A stretch of 63,442 bases of DNA, the filler included, from Malassezia furfur (taxonomy: Eukaryota), in NCBI GenBank assembly GCA_052055015.1. It is 18 parts of 18 records of this genome, joined end to end, with 100 filler letters (N's around TTAATTAATTAA, not from the genome) between each part and the next. Parts side by side here need not be neighbours in the genome. Positions count along the whole stretch, not along the records: positions 21,539 to 24,985 come from JBQJIT010000769.1; positions 25,086 to 28,521 come from JBQJIT010000770.1; positions 28,622 to 32,053 come from JBQJIT010000771.1; positions 32,154 to 35,582 come from JBQJIT010000772.1; positions 35,683 to 39,096 come from JBQJIT010000773.1; 13 more parts are not named here. One strand, 5' to 3'. The first letter of the stretch is position 1. Every line of letters begins with the position of its first letter. Of the stretch, positions 23,889 through 35,713 are shown one piece after another. Made by a program: the position numbers and the translations under genes. The notes beneath the pieces were generated by a model, which worked only from the letters and a program-made list of their open reading frames with translations, searched no databases and was not told the DNA's origin.

Positions 23889-24985
23889 ATGGCGGCGGAC
23901 GCGGCGCGCGCGCTGGTGCGCGAGCGGCTCTATGCGCCGCTCGTGCTGGGCGAGCCGGAGACGGCGGCACAGGTGCCGTACGAGCTTGAGCCATTGGCCA
24001 TCCTTCTGGACGAGTGCATGGAGATCGTCGAGTTCCGTGACGCGGAGCGCGCCGCGGAGCACAAGGCGCTGCGCCGCGCGTACGACGAGCAGGCCGCGCA
24101 GGCGCCCACGGCGCTTGCCGCCGAGCTGGAGCACACACAGTTTAACTACGCCCTGGCGCTCGACGCGGTGGCCGCGCTGCAGCCAGACCCAGACGCGACG
24201 TGCGTCGATGGCCGCCTGCGGCCGCCGGTGGACGACGCGGCCCTCGACACGCTGCGGGCCGAGCACAGCGCGGCGCTCGCGGCGCTGCGCGAAGAGCACG
24301 CCGCCGCGCTCGAGGCGCTGCACACACAGCACGCCGACACACTCGCGGCGCGCACGGCGGCGCACGACGCAGCGCTGCACACTGCACACACCCAGCATGC
24401 CGAGGCGCTCGCGGCGCAGGCGCAGGCGCACTCCGATGCGCTGGACGCCGAGCGCACCGCGCACGCCGACGCCCAGCAGAGCGCGGCGCACGAGCACGAT
24501 AGCGCGGTGCGCGCGCTGCAGGACACACACGCGCGCGAGACCGAGGCCCTTGCGGCGCGGCACACCGACGAGCTGCATGCGCTGCGGGCCGCGCACGCCG
24601 CCGCACTAGATACCCAGCGTGCCGAGCACGCGGCGCGCGCGCACGCGTGGGACACGGAGCGTGCGGCGTGGGCGCAGGCCGCGGACGCGGCAGCGGCGCA
24701 GCGCGCGGCCGACGCCGAGCGCATCGCGAGCCTCTCTGCGACGGTCGATGCGCTCGCACGCAGCGTGCAGCAGAGCGAGGTGCTGCTGGCGTCGGTGCGG
24801 GAGCGCGTCGATGCGCACGAGGCGTGGGACGCACAGCACGCACGCGCCTATGCGGCGCTGGCGGAACGGTACGTCGCCGCCTACTGACCCAGGCTCTCTG
24901 CCGAGCAGGCGCGGACGGAGGAGCACGAAGCGGCGCGCGCGGCCGCCGAGCAGGCGCGCGACGCGGCACACGCGGCGGGCGAGGC
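23889..24985 (+). CDS. Ala/His/Glu-rich coiled-coil protein, 3' truncated; 24-nt intron 24869-24892
   Basis: Heptad/hendecad-like repeats (LRAEHSAALAA). The apparent stop at 24887 lies inside a GTACGT..CTGAC.CCAG intron and the frame continues after it. Confidence 0.65.
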
Positions 24986-25085
24986 NNNNNNNNNNNNNNN
25001 NNNNNNNNNNNNNNNNNNNNNNNNNNNNNTTAATTAATTAANNNNNNNNNNNNNNNNNNNNNNNNNNNNNNNNNNNNNNNNNNNN

Positions 25086-25865
25086 CCGCACTGCTGGCCG
25101 CCGGCGCCGGGCGCGCGCGATGCGCTGCGCACGCCTGGCGAGCTGAGCGGCACGCAGCGCCCCATGATGTTCGCCTCGCGGCTGCGTCCGGCGCTGCTGC
25201 CAACGCCCGACTTTGCGCTCGATGCACCCCCGCCGCGCAGCAGTGCGTACCCGAGCCGCGACGTGCTCCGCGCGACGCGGATGCCTGCCGAGGGCGCGCG
25301 CGACAGCGGCGCATATACGGCGGCGAGCCGCGCCGAGGTCGCGAGCACGTCGTCGGCGTCGAGCGAGCACTCCAAGTCGTCGGAGGATGTCGGCGATGGG
25401 CAGAGCACGCAGGCGACCGACATCGAGCAGGACGTGACGATGCACGAGTCCAAGGACTTTGGCATCGCGAGCGACTCGGAGGACGAGCTGCCGTCGCCCG
25501 AAGAGCAGCGCGAGCGCGCGCTCAAGCTGGCCGAGCGCTGGCGGTACGACGAGGACGGCGGGCGCTGGGCAGGGCTCGGCCTTTTGGGCCTCGGCGGCAT
25601 GGAGGGCGACGAAGAGGCGGTGTTGGACGACTACGACCACCGCTTCGTCCGGTACCGCATGTCGCTGCTCGACGAGACGAACCTGCTCAAGCTGTCGACC
25701 GACTGGACGTACATGCGCCAGGCCCTCGCGGCCGCCGAGATGCACCCGTCCGATGCGCAAGCCGCGGCGGCAACCAAGCCCGGCGCGCAACCGCCTGCCG
25801 ACACCAAACAGGCGCACCCGGCGCACGACGAGCAGGCCGCCAAGCCTGCGCAGCGTGCGGCCTAA
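25086..25865 (+). CDS. EPL1: Probable Enhancer-of-polycomb-like protein Epl1, C-terminal part
   Basis: ERWRYDEDGG...VLDDYDHRFVRYRMSLL resembles the basidiomycete Epl1 C-terminal region (from memory). 5' truncated. Confidence 0.6.
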   Translation, partial: PHCWPPAPGARDALRTPGELSGTQRPMMFASRLRPALLPTPDFALDAPPPRSSAYPSRDVLRATRMPAEGARDSGAYTAASRAEVASTSSASSEHSKSSEDVGDGQSTQATDIEQDVTMHESKDFGIASDSEDELPSPEEQRERALKLAERWRYDEDGGRWAGLGLLGLGGMEGDEEAVLDDYDHRFVRYRMSLLDETNLLKLSTDWTYMRQALAAAEMHPSDAQAAAATKPGAQPPADTKQAHPAHDEQAAKPAQRAA

Positions 25866-26414
25866 TCCAACGTCGCCCCCGCCCCGCATGGACGGAGGTG
25901 CGACGTGGATGTATCATACCGAGGATGTACAGTATTGCATCACGACGATCGCGCCCTGTAGGCTGCGAGCGATCGCCAGCACCAGAAAAAAAGACGTAGT
26001 GCTTCATGGAAGCCATCTGTATCATAAATATGGGGTCATACTAAACGAGCCAAGAGACTGCATCCAAACAGGAGGACGTAGCGTGCTGAGCACTCGTAGT
26101 CGTGCACGGTGTGGGCATGCGCGGCTCCGAACGGGGCGTGCCGCTCAACGCAGCTGCCGAGCATAGAACGCATAGCCGCGGCCGCACTCATGCGATTGAA
26201 TCGCCGCTGCGGCCCTCGCGCTGCGCACCTTGGGGCAACGCACCTGCCCCACCTCGGCTTCGGCCTCGGCTTCGGCCCCGGGGCGCGCTCCACCCCGCAG
26301 ACTCGCGTGCGGCTCAGGAGTTTCCGCTATGGTCGTCTACTCTCCCACTCCCCCGCGCAGCACCATCGAGGCACTGCGCCATCGTCCGGCGCGACGCATT
26401 CATCCGTGCGACGC

Positions 26415-26957
26415 TTAGAAGCCCGGCGGGCGCAGACCCTGCGGCTGCGCACCCTGCGCGGCAGCAGCCTGCGCGGCGACCTCCGCCGGCAGACCGCCGC
26501 CAGCACCGGGGTGACCACCCTGCTGCGCAATGAGCTCCTTCTCCTGGGCCGAGATGCGGCTCTCGTCCTCGACGGCCAGCGCAAACGGCAGGCCGACGAG
26601 CAGCGCCGAGGTGACGCCGATCCAGATCAGCTTCCCAGCGACCCAGCCGCCAAAGTACGAGTAGGTCGACACCGTCTTCCACGTCTTGGCCAGCTCAGCG
26701 CGCGTCGTCGGCGAGATAATGTCCTTCAGCGCTGCGATGCGGTCCAAGAGCGACTCGTCGCGCAGCGCAAGACCACGCTCGGTCACCTCGTCTTCGTCGT
26801 CCGACAGGTCCTCCTGCGGTCAGCCTCCTGCGCGCGCACGTACATCGTCGGACTCGTCCGAGGTCGCCTCCCAGTCCTTCTCGTCATCGGCCGGGATGTC
26901 GAAGCCCTGCTGCCTGAGCTTGTCGGCCTCGTCTTGCACTTCTTCGATGCGCACCAT
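26415..26957 (-). CDS. TOM22: Mitochondrial import receptor Tom22; intron 26814-26843
   Basis: MVRIEEV, acidic N-terminus, ESLLDRIAALKDII, and TM WIGVTSALLVGLPFALAVEDE. Confidence 0.93.
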
Positions 26958-27077
26958 GATCGGCTAATCGCCACTCCTCTGCGTCCGCACTCAGCGGAAG
27001 ATTTCCGGTCACGTGTTTCGCACGCGCTGGGGGCCAGCGTCATTCGCCGTCCGTGCATCGGTCCTTTGTCAGCGTGG

Positions 27078-28263
27078 ATGAGCGCGGAGCCGACCAAGGT
27101 GCCGCCGGACGCGCCTGCGACGGACGAGGAGGCGCGTCGTGCGGCGCTCCGGCTCGCTGCATTGCAGTCACGGAAGTCGGGTGCGTCCGCGAAGAAGACG
27201 GCGCCGGCTAAGGACGCGCCGGGCCCCGTCACTGCGGCGCGCACCGACGTGTCGCCGACCCCGACGCCGACCTCGCCGGCAGCGGCGAATCGCGAACCTC
27301 CTACGCCAAGACCGCCCGCACCACGGCGTGCTGCGCACAGGAATGGCTATCGCGATGTAGATATGCCTGACACAGGCGCAGTGGATCTGCTGGCATACTT
27401 GGACTACGATCAACCGTCCACTTCTGCGGGCCCCGACGCCCAACGTACGCGGCCACGGATTTCATACGCGGACGAGTTTAGCACGAATCCTATCGCGCCT
27501 TCGGGCGAGGTAGGTCTCGCGCCCTGGCTCGACTTGCCGTTGGACGCTGCCGTGTCGTCGCCGCCGGTACACACCACCCCCCGATCGTTCCCGCGCCGAC
27601 AGACCGTTGCCTCGAGTGGCCCTAAACAGGATCCACACACGGTTGCACGCTCCATCACGCAGAATACCTTCTCCAACTTTGTGAACCGGCCGTTGCATGG
27701 GCCCTTTATTATTGAGTGGTCCGACGACGAGGACGACGATGAGGACACACGTCGCAATGAGGAGCGCGTGAGAGCATTCGCCATGCGAGACGCATTAGGC
27801 GACAATGCGAGGTCGGTCCTCGTCTCTTCCGCAGTTCTCTCGGAGAAGGAGCGCGAGATTCAGCGGATGCTTGCCCGGATCCAGGAGCTTGAGCAGCGCA
27901 AACGAACGCAGCCGAGTACGAGTACGAGGGGCACGGCGGGAGACACGGCAGACGAGCCGACCACAGCCGTTCTTGGCAAACGGACGGGTTCTGTATGCGA
28001 AGAGGCAATTCAAAGTGCGGGGTCGACTGCCAAGGTACGTATGCGGTTCCACATTGCAATGAGGTCGCGGGCGACTTATGCTGCAGCGACCGAAAACGGA
28101 GAGTGCTGCTCCACGCAGCACAAGAGCGAACACGTTCAGTGTACGTGGAATACCTACCCCTACTGTGTGATCAGACTAACCAACTCCATTATAGATTACA
28201 GGATGGATTCGCGATCGGTTTCGCTGGGCATTCGGCAATGGTCCGTCGAATGCCCAGCGATAG
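27078..28263 (+). CDS. Uncharacterised protein with a short coiled coil; 3' exon structure tentative (introns 28035-28086 and 28141-28194)
   Basis: Open frame from MSAEPTKV with coding-like composition and LSEKEREIQRMLARIQELEQ. Two GTACGT donors lie near the 3' end. Confidence 0.5.
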
Positions 28264-28621
28264 TGCTGGTTCATTAGCATCCTTGCTTATGCCCTGTCAG
28301 ATACCAGAATGGGTCGCGACAGCACCCATCATACTGTGCGTTGCGCAACCGTAGCGTACAACGGAAAAATGTATTGTCAATCCATACGCTCCTTTCGAGG
28401 ACAAGCACATGTACATCCCTAAGCGAATGGAACCGCCGCGCTTGCAAAAATAAAATAAGAATAAATAAATGCCCACTGGCTGGATCGAACAACCGACCTC
28501 GTCATGTCGCTAAGGACGTTCNNNNNNNNNNNNNNNNNNNNNNNNNNNNNNNNNNNNNNNNNNNNTTAATTAATTAANNNNNNNNNNNNNNNNNNNNNNN
28601 NNNNNNNNNNNNNNNNNNNNN

Positions 28622-29500
28622 CAGCCGCCGCTCGCGCAGTTCCCGTTTGTGCCGCGCGCCGCGGGCCACAGCGTGCGTTCCCACGAGGCGAGCGCCGCGG
28701 GCTCCTCGTCCCAGTCCTCGTCGTCGCCGTCGGACGCTGCCGTCTGCTCGAGCGCGGTAAAGAAGCTCGCAAACAGCACGCCGAGCGACCACATGTCGGC
28801 TTGGTACGCGTCGTAGCCGCGCGTCGGTGCAAACAGCAGCTCGGGTGCACGGAACGCGCCGGTGCCTACCTCGCTGATCATCGCGCGCGGCGCACCTGGG
28901 TCCGCGTGCGCATACACCGTGGACTCGGGGAACTCGGGCGACCACGCGACGCCGAGGTCAATCAGCCGCACGCGGCCGTCCGTGCTGAGCATCACGTTGG
29001 CCGGCTTGATGTCGCGGTGCGCGATGCCCGCCGCGTGCAGGTACGCGACTGCGTCGAGCAGCTGGCGCATCGCCGCACCCACAAACGACACGTACGTCTC
29101 GCCCGCAAGCAGCTTCTCCCACGCGTCGGCCGCGTCGGCGGCGAACGGCGGCGTGTGCGGCGCAAAGCGCGGCGCGTCTAAAACCGCCGCGAGGCCCACA
29201 GGGTACAGCGGCATCGCGAGGTGGTGCACGGTGGTGAACGCGTCGGGCGTCTCGGTGAACGCGGCGAGCAGCGTCGCGAGGTGGTCGTGCCGCGTCGTGC
29301 GCAGCAGAGCGACTTCGCGCTCGACGTCGTGCGGCGCGTTCTGCTCGTCGACGTCGACGTGCTTCAGACACAGCCAGCCGGCGACGCCGCCGTGCGCCTC
29401 GAGCACCGAGGTCGCGGCGCGCATCGGCGCCTTGCTCACCACGGAGCACAGGCCGTGGCCGACTGGCAGGAGCAGGTGCGCCTCGAACGCGTCGTCAAGC
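28622..29500 (-). CDS. Ser/Thr protein kinase, CMGC/CAK (Csk1/Cak1)-like; 3' truncated, start unresolved
   Basis: GHGLCSVV loop, [42 protein letters not shown] and DMWSLG. Confidence 0.8.
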
Positions 29501-29548
29501 CTATCTAGCCGGCGCGGTAAGCATGCCTCTCAGCGGGAACGCAACCAC

Positions 29549-29976
29549 CTACCACATATCGGAGGCGCCCGTGCGCTTCCCAAAGTACTGGGTGAGAGGC
29601 GCCAACGTACCTCGTCCAGCAGCGCAAAGAACGCCTGCTTGTCCGCCTCGGTGAACTGCGAGTAGGCGACGTGCGTCGTCGACGGCGGCGCATACGCCGG
29701 CGCAGGCGCAGCAGCGCCCCCTGCCGACGCCGTGGATGCGGGCACCGTGTGTGTCTGCGGCATGGGCGCCATGTCCGGCGGGAGCGGCGGCATGTGCCGG
29801 TGCTGCGACGTGCCGGCCATGGTCTCTGCGGCGCTGCCCGCGCCGCGCATCGACGCAAGCCGCTCCTCGTACGAAGACTTCATCGCCCGGCTCCCGCGGA
29901 GCTTGTTGAGCGGCTCCTCGCCGAGGCGGTCAAACTTCTCGTTCATCTCCTGGCGCCATTTCTCGAACGGCGGCAT
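29549..29976 (-). CDS. Small uncharacterised Pro-rich protein; 23-nt intron 29588-29610
   Basis: [15 protein letters not shown]...[30 protein letters not shown]. The intron has canonical GTACGT/CTCAC/CAG signals. Confidence 0.6.
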
Positions 29977-30037
29977 CGCGGCCCGGGGCACGTGGAGGAA
30001 GTGGAGTGCGAAGGCTTGTGCACTTTTTTTTTGGACC

Positions 30038-31426
30038 ATGGCGTCAGAAGGGGCCGCAGACGCACCCGAGGGCGCCGAGGCGCCCATGCCCGCGACCTTT
30101 CGCGAGCTCGGCGTGATTGAGCCGCTGTGCGAGGCGTGCGACAAGCTGCACTTCACGAAGCCCACGCCGATCCAGGCCAAGGCGATCCCCGAGGCGCTGC
30201 AGGGCCACGACGTGATTGGCCTCGCGCAGACCGGCAGCGGTAAGACGGCCGCGTTCAGCATCCCGATCCTCCAGGCGCTCTGGGACAACCCACGCCCGTT
30301 CTTTGCGTGCGTGCTGGCGCCCACGCGCGAGCTGTCGTACCAGATTGCGCAGCAGATCGAGGCGCTCGGCGCGACGATCGGCGCGCGGTGTGCGACGATC
30401 GTCGGTGGCATGGACATGATGACGCAGTCGATCGCGCTGTCGAAGCGCCCGCATGTGATCGTCGCGACGCCGGGGCGGCTGCAGGACCACCTCGAGAACA
30501 CCAAGGGATTCAGCCTGCGCGGCCTGCAGTACCTCGTCATGGACGAGGCCGACCGCCTGCTCGACCTCGACTTTGGGCCGATCATCGACAAGCTCTTGCA
30601 AAACATCCCGAAGGAGCGCCGCACCATGCTGTTCAGCGCGACGATGACCACCAAGGTCGCGAAGCTGCAGCGCGCATCGCTCCGCAGCCCCGTGCGCGTG
30701 GAGATCGGCACCAAGTACGCCACGGTCTCGACGCTGCATCAGTACTACCTGTTCATGCCGTTCGCACACAAGGACACCTACCTCACCTTCCTCGCGAACG
30801 AGCAGGCCGGCCAGTCGATCATCGTGTTCACACGCACGGTGCACGACGCGCAGCGCATCGCAGTGATGCTCCGCCTGCTCGGCTTCTCGGCGATTCCGCT
30901 GCACGGGCAGCTGTCGCAGACCGCGCGGCTCGGCGCGCTGAACAAGTTCAAGTCGGGCGGGCGCAACATCATGGTGTGCACCGACGTCGCGGCGCGCGGC
31001 CTCGACATCCCGGCGGTGGACCTGGTGGTGAACTACGACATCCCCACGCACTCCAAAGACTACATCCACCGCGTCGGCCGCACGGCGCGTGCGGGGCGCC
31101 AGGGGCGTAGCGTCACGCTCGTCACGCAGTACGACGTCGAGCTGCTCCAGCGCATCGAGACGGCGATCAACAAGAAGCTCGACGAGTTCCCCGACGCGCG
31201 CGACCGCGAAATGGTCATGCTTCTCTCGGAACGCGTCGGCGAGGCGCAGCGCGCTGCGCTCCGCGAGCTCCAGGAGAAGGGGCTCGGCGGCGCGGGCGGC
31301 GCGGGCAAGCGCAAGCGCCGCCTCGCGGCCAACCTCGAGGACGACCGCGACCGCGACGACGACGTCGTCCAGGCGGGCGCCTACCGGAGCAAGGCCAAGG
31401 GCGGCGCGGGGAAACGGCGGAAATAG
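30038..31426 (+). CDS. RRP3: DEAD-box rRNA helicase Rrp3/DDX47
   Basis: [42 protein letters not shown] and VTQYDVE. Confidence 0.95.
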   Translation: MASEGAADAPEGAEAPMPATFRELGVIEPLCEACDKLHFTKPTPIQAKAIPEALQGHDVIGLAQTGSGKTAAFSIPILQALWDNPRPFFACVLAPTRELSYQIAQQIEALGATIGARCATIVGGMDMMTQSIALSKRPHVIVATPGRLQDHLENTKGFSLRGLQYLVMDEADRLLDLDFGPIIDKLLQNIPKERRTMLFSATMTTKVAKLQRASLRSPVRVEIGTKYATVSTLHQYYLFMPFAHKDTYLTFLANEQAGQSIIVFTRTVHDAQRIAVMLRLLGFSAIPLHGQLSQTARLGALNKFKSGGRNIMVCTDVAARGLDIPAVDLVVNYDIPTHSKDYIHRVGRTARAGRQGRSVTLVTQYDVELLQRIETAINKKLDEFPDARDREMVMLLSERVGEAQRAALRELQEKGLGGAGGAGKRKRRLAANLEDDRDRDDDVVQAGAYRSKAKGGAGKRRK

Positions 31427-31430
31427 ACAG

Positions 31431-32053
31431 CTACTTGGCAAGTCCAGTCTCTTTGTACGGGTATTCGAGCGGGCCGTCGTCCTTGCGGCGCCACAGCTTG
31501 CGCTTTTTGCCGTCGGAGCCGGCGGCCCACACCTCGACGCAGTGCTTCGCCTTGAACTGGCGCACGAACCGCGGGTCCCACAGCTCCGACGCAATGCCCA
31601 GGTCCTTACAGCACCGCATCAGCGCATTCGACTTGGCGCCCTCGCTCGCCGTCGACACGCCGCTCGGCCGGAAGAACTCTTGCTCGCCGCGCGCCGTCGA
31701 CACAAAGCGGCCCAGGCACACGAGCGCCCACTCGCGGCTCACGATGCCCTGCCCGACCTCGAGCTCGGAGCGCGGCACCATGCCCCACCCGCCGGGGCCG
31801 AACGCGCGGTTCAAAATGCGCCGGTACTTGATCTCGGGCAGGTACAGCAGACCGTCCGGCTTGATTTCAATGTCGTCCTTGTCCAGCGGCTGGCACAGGA
31901 TGCGCGCCGTCTCGCTCGTGAATGGGCGCCGGCCGATCCCGTCGTAGCCCTGGGTCCAGTCCACCTCGGCGCCCGATTCGGGCGCAGACGGCGCCTCGGC
32001 GTCGGGCGCCGCTGCACGCTCCGTCGCGGGCGCCGGCGCCGGCGCTGGTGTGG
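31431..32053 (-). CDS. MGM101: Mitochondrial genome maintenance protein Mgm101 (Rad52-like), 5' truncated
   Basis: IEIKPDGLLYLPEIKYRRILNRAFGPGGWG and SNALMRCCKDLGIASELWDP. Confidence 0.96.
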
Positions 32054-32153
32054 NNNNNNNNNNNNNNNNNNNNNNNNNNNNNNNNNNNNNNNNNNNNTTA
32101 ATTAATTAANNNNNNNNNNNNNNNNNNNNNNNNNNNNNNNNNNNNNNNNNNNN

Positions 32154-32269
32154 GCAAGCGCAACGACGACGAGGACGCCAAGGAGAAGCTGTACACCTAC
32201 GCCACCCCGGTGCTGGGCATCACCAACTTCCACGGCCTCGAGACCACCGTGATTGAGCAGGACGAGTAA
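32154..32269 (+). CDS. RPL31: 60S ribosomal protein eL31, C-terminal fragment
   Basis: [37 protein letters not shown]. Confidence 0.85.
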
Positions 32270-32438
32270 GGTGCGCCGCTGCGCCCGTGACGACGCCCCC
32301 CAAAAAACCCGTGAACGCGGTGTGCATCCTGGCCCCGTTGCAGCGCATGCGCACGGCGTGTGCACCGCGGGCTCGACTGCGTGTGTTTCATAGTGCCACG
32401 TTCGCATGTGCGTGGACTACGTAGGCGGTTCGCTTCCC

Positions 32439-33107
32439 CTACTTGGACGTCCGGCTCCCACTCGGGTAGCCCTTGTTCAGGCCCCGCACGCCCTTGGCCG
32501 CAAACTGCTGCCAGGCCGCCTGCTTGTCGGCGTGCACGCGGTTCTTCTCCGCCTCGCGCGCCAGCTTCTTCTCCTTGCGCGCCTTTTTCCGCTCCCGCTC
32601 GCGCGCGCGCTCGTCGTTCGTCATCATGCGCTGCGCCTGCGCCTTTGCCGCACTCTTGGCGGGGCGCGGCGCAGGCGCATTGGGGTCCGCCTTGCGTACG
32701 CGCAAGTCGGCGCCCCGCAGCGTCTCGGTCGTGCGCGTCTTGGTATAGATGACCGAGTACACCGCGTGCTCGCCCGCGTTCGTCACCGACGCGATGCGCG
32801 CCGGGTACCACTTGCCGTCCGCCTCGTGCCGCGCCATCACCTCGTCGCCCGTGCGGAAGGTGGGCGCGGCCTCGGCGGGCGCGGCGCGCGCGTCCGGCGC
32901 AGCGTCGGTGTCGGCGAGCGATTTCGTGAGCTGGATCAGGTTCGTCAGCTCGTCGCGCAGCGACACGAGCTCGGCATTGTCCGGCTCGGCCTGCAGCGCC
33001 GCCTCGACCTGGCCGAGCTGGACTGGGTCAGCAGGGGGGGCGACGTACACTCGTACGTGCGGAGCCTGCGTTAGTTCACGAGGGGGGACCTACTCCGCCG
33101 CGTCCAT
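32439..33107 (-). CDS. SPF30: Tudor-domain splicing factor Spf30/SMNDC1; introns 33066-33093 and 33023-33048 flank a 17-nt microexon
   Basis: Spliced MDAAELRTYEFQLGQVEAALQAEPDNAELVSLRDEL, Tudor GDEVMAR..DGKWYPARI, and KQAAWQQFAAK. Confidence 0.88.
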
Positions 33108-33137
33108 CGTCGCACGTGACGAGGTGTGGGGAACGGC

Positions 33138-34091
33138 ATGCCGGCGTCGACGTTCCGCACCGCGGACGGGGCGCAGATTGCGTACGATGTGGTCGGTACG
33201 CGCACTGCGCACCTGCCGCTCGTGCTGATCAACGGGATGAGTGCGATTATGGAGGACTGGGCCGAGCTGGCTGCCGCCCTCGGCGAGACGCGCCAAGGTA
33301 CGTGCGGCGCTGCCGCCGCTGACGCAGTCGTGGTGCTTGACCACCGTGGGATCGGCGCGTCGCATCTCGCCGGCGACGAGACATACACGATCGAGCTGCT
33401 CGCCGACGACGTGCTTGCGCTGCTGCAGCACCTCGGCCTGACGCGCGTGCAGCTGCTGGGCTTCTCGATGGGCGGGCTGGTGACGCAGGCGATGGTCGCG
33501 CACCCTGCGGCGCGCGCGAGTGCGGACGGTGCGGGTGTGGTGGTGCGCGGGGTCGAGGTGCGCGCGATCGTGCTCACGGCGACGTTTGCCAAGATGCCCA
33601 AGAGCGACTTTAATCTGAAGAAGCAGTACGTGTGCGTCTGACGCAGGCCATCGACAACCGGGATGAGCGGCGCGGAGCGTGCGCGGGCGCTGGCCGCGTT
33701 CATGCTGCGGTACCAGTACGACGAGGCGTCGCTCGCGTCGAGTGGTACGCTGGCCGCGCGCCTGCAGGCGCGGATCGATGCGAGCGAGGGCACGCGGCGG
33801 CCGCAGGCGGTGATTCTGCAGCAGGCGGGTGCGATTGCGCAGTACGATGCGCGCGAGGCGCTGCGGCGTGTGCCGCGCGGGCTGCCTGTGCTGATTGTGC
33901 ATGGGCGGTGCGACCGGATGGTGGACTACGGCGAGGCGCGTGAGCTGGAGGCGTGCCTGCCGCAGGCGCAGCGGTATGTGCCGCGCGACGGCGAGGCGTA
34001 TGGGCACATGTGGTTCGACTACTACGAGCTGCGCGGCGCGTGGGTGGGTCCCCTCGTTGCGTTTCTGGATGCGGGGCGCGCGCGGCTGTAG
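33138..34091 (+). CDS. Alpha/beta hydrolase; introns 33298-33327 and 33626-33646 (21 nt)
   Basis: LVLING, LDHRGIG, nucleophile elbow GFSMGG, VLIVHGRCD and YGHMWF. Confidence 0.88.
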
Positions 34092-34241
34092 CGCGAGGAA
34101 GTGCGCGACTCGGCCGACGTCGAGGTCGACACGTAGAGGAAATAATCGCGCGCAAGGGCGCGACGCGGCGCGTGCGGCCGGGGCAGCGGCCGGGGCTTCT
34201 GGCGGCTGTCTGACCTCCTCCACGGCGTCGGCGGAGCGTGC

Positions 34242-35582
34242 ATGCCGTTTGTGAAGCGAAAGGCGGTGGAGCCGCTGCCCGTCCCCGCGGCGCTGGTGGA
34301 CGCGCAGGCCGCCGGGCAGAACCCCGCCGTGTTCTTCCTGGCGGCGACGGGCGAGGTGTTTGTGGACTACGAGTGCGTTGCACGGGCGCTGACGCAGGGC
34401 GTACATTGCGCGGCTTAGCTACTACCACCAGCGCATCTTCCAGAGCGAGCCGAGCGGCAAGGGCAACCTGACGTTCTTTGAGGCCGCCGAGACCGAGGCG
34501 CAGCAGGCACGGGCCATTCAGCAGCGCTTCCCGGACGCGCTCAAGGCGCCGGTGCTGCGCGCGGCGCACTTCCACACCACGGGCCGCCTCGACGGGCTGG
34601 TCGAGGAGGTCGCGGAGCGGTTCAAGGACCGCTTCTTCCGCGACGAGGCCGTGTCGGTCGACCTCGACGGCGACCGCTACCTGGCGCTCGTCAAGCAGGT
34701 CTTCCGGCCGCGCCAGGCCGAGGCGCCGGCCGCGCAGGTGCACGAGCTGGGCACGCAGCTCTGGTGCACGCCCGAGGAGGCGGCGCGGCTGGACGACGCC
34801 GCGGAGTACCTCTACTCGATCCAGCTGGTGGACAACGAGGGGCGCTTCACGGGCAGCATCATGGAGGTGCGCGCCAAGGTGCTGAGCCGCGACCGGCTGA
34901 CCTTTTCCAAGTCGATTCTGCGCAAGTTTCTGCGCGACGGCGTGACGCGCGACGCGCAGCTGGGGAGCCCGTGGGTGGTGCGTGAGCCGCTCGCGAAGCG
35001 GCTGGGCCTGCCGCGCGAGATGCCCGCGGAGCTGGCGCAGCGCAGCGAGGGCATCCGCGAGGGGCAGCTGTCCAAGCGGCGCAAGGTCGGCGACGGCGAC
35101 GCGTCGAGTGCGCGGCGGCGTGCGCGCGACGAGAAGCGTGCGCGGGCCGACGCGCCTGCGCCCGTGGAGAAGAAGCCGCTCAAGTTCCCGGCCGAGGACC
35201 TGCTGCTCGACGCGATCTCCGCGCAGGAGCTCGCCGCCGAGACGCCCGGCGAGCTGCTCAAGCGTGCGGCGCGCCCCGCGGTCGAGGGCGCGCAGCAGCT
35301 CGGCGTGCCGGCGCACGCGCTGGACGCGTTCCTCGCCGTGTACTACTTCTTCCTGACGCTCGGCCGACCGCTCGGCATCTCGACCATGGCGTGGGACGAC
35401 CTCGAGAGCGCGCTGCGGCACCCGACGCACGACCCGCCGTGCGTGCTGCTCGCCGAGGTGCACGGTGTGCTGCTGAATGCGATCGTGCGCGACGGCGCCC
35501 ATAGTCGTGACCTGGCGCCCGGCGTCATCGCCGCCAAGCAGCGGCAGGCGGCGGCGGCGAGCGCCGCGGCGAGTGCGGCGGC
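34242..35582 (+). CDS. ITC1: ISWI-complex subunit Itc1 (WAC + DDT), 3' truncated; intron 34373-34397
   Basis: MPFVKRK, TGEVFVDYEAYIARLSYY..RIFQ...GNLTFFEA (WAC), RDRLTFSKSILRKF, KFPAEDL and a DDT-like helix. Confidence 0.88.
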
Positions 35583-35713
35583 NNNNNNNNNNNNNNNNNN
35601 NNNNNNNNNNNNNNNNNNNNNNNNNNTTAATTAATTAANNNNNNNNNNNNNNNNNNNNNNNNNNNNNNNNNNNNNNNNNNNNCATCCCACCTCCACCCCC
35701 GCTTCCCCACACG

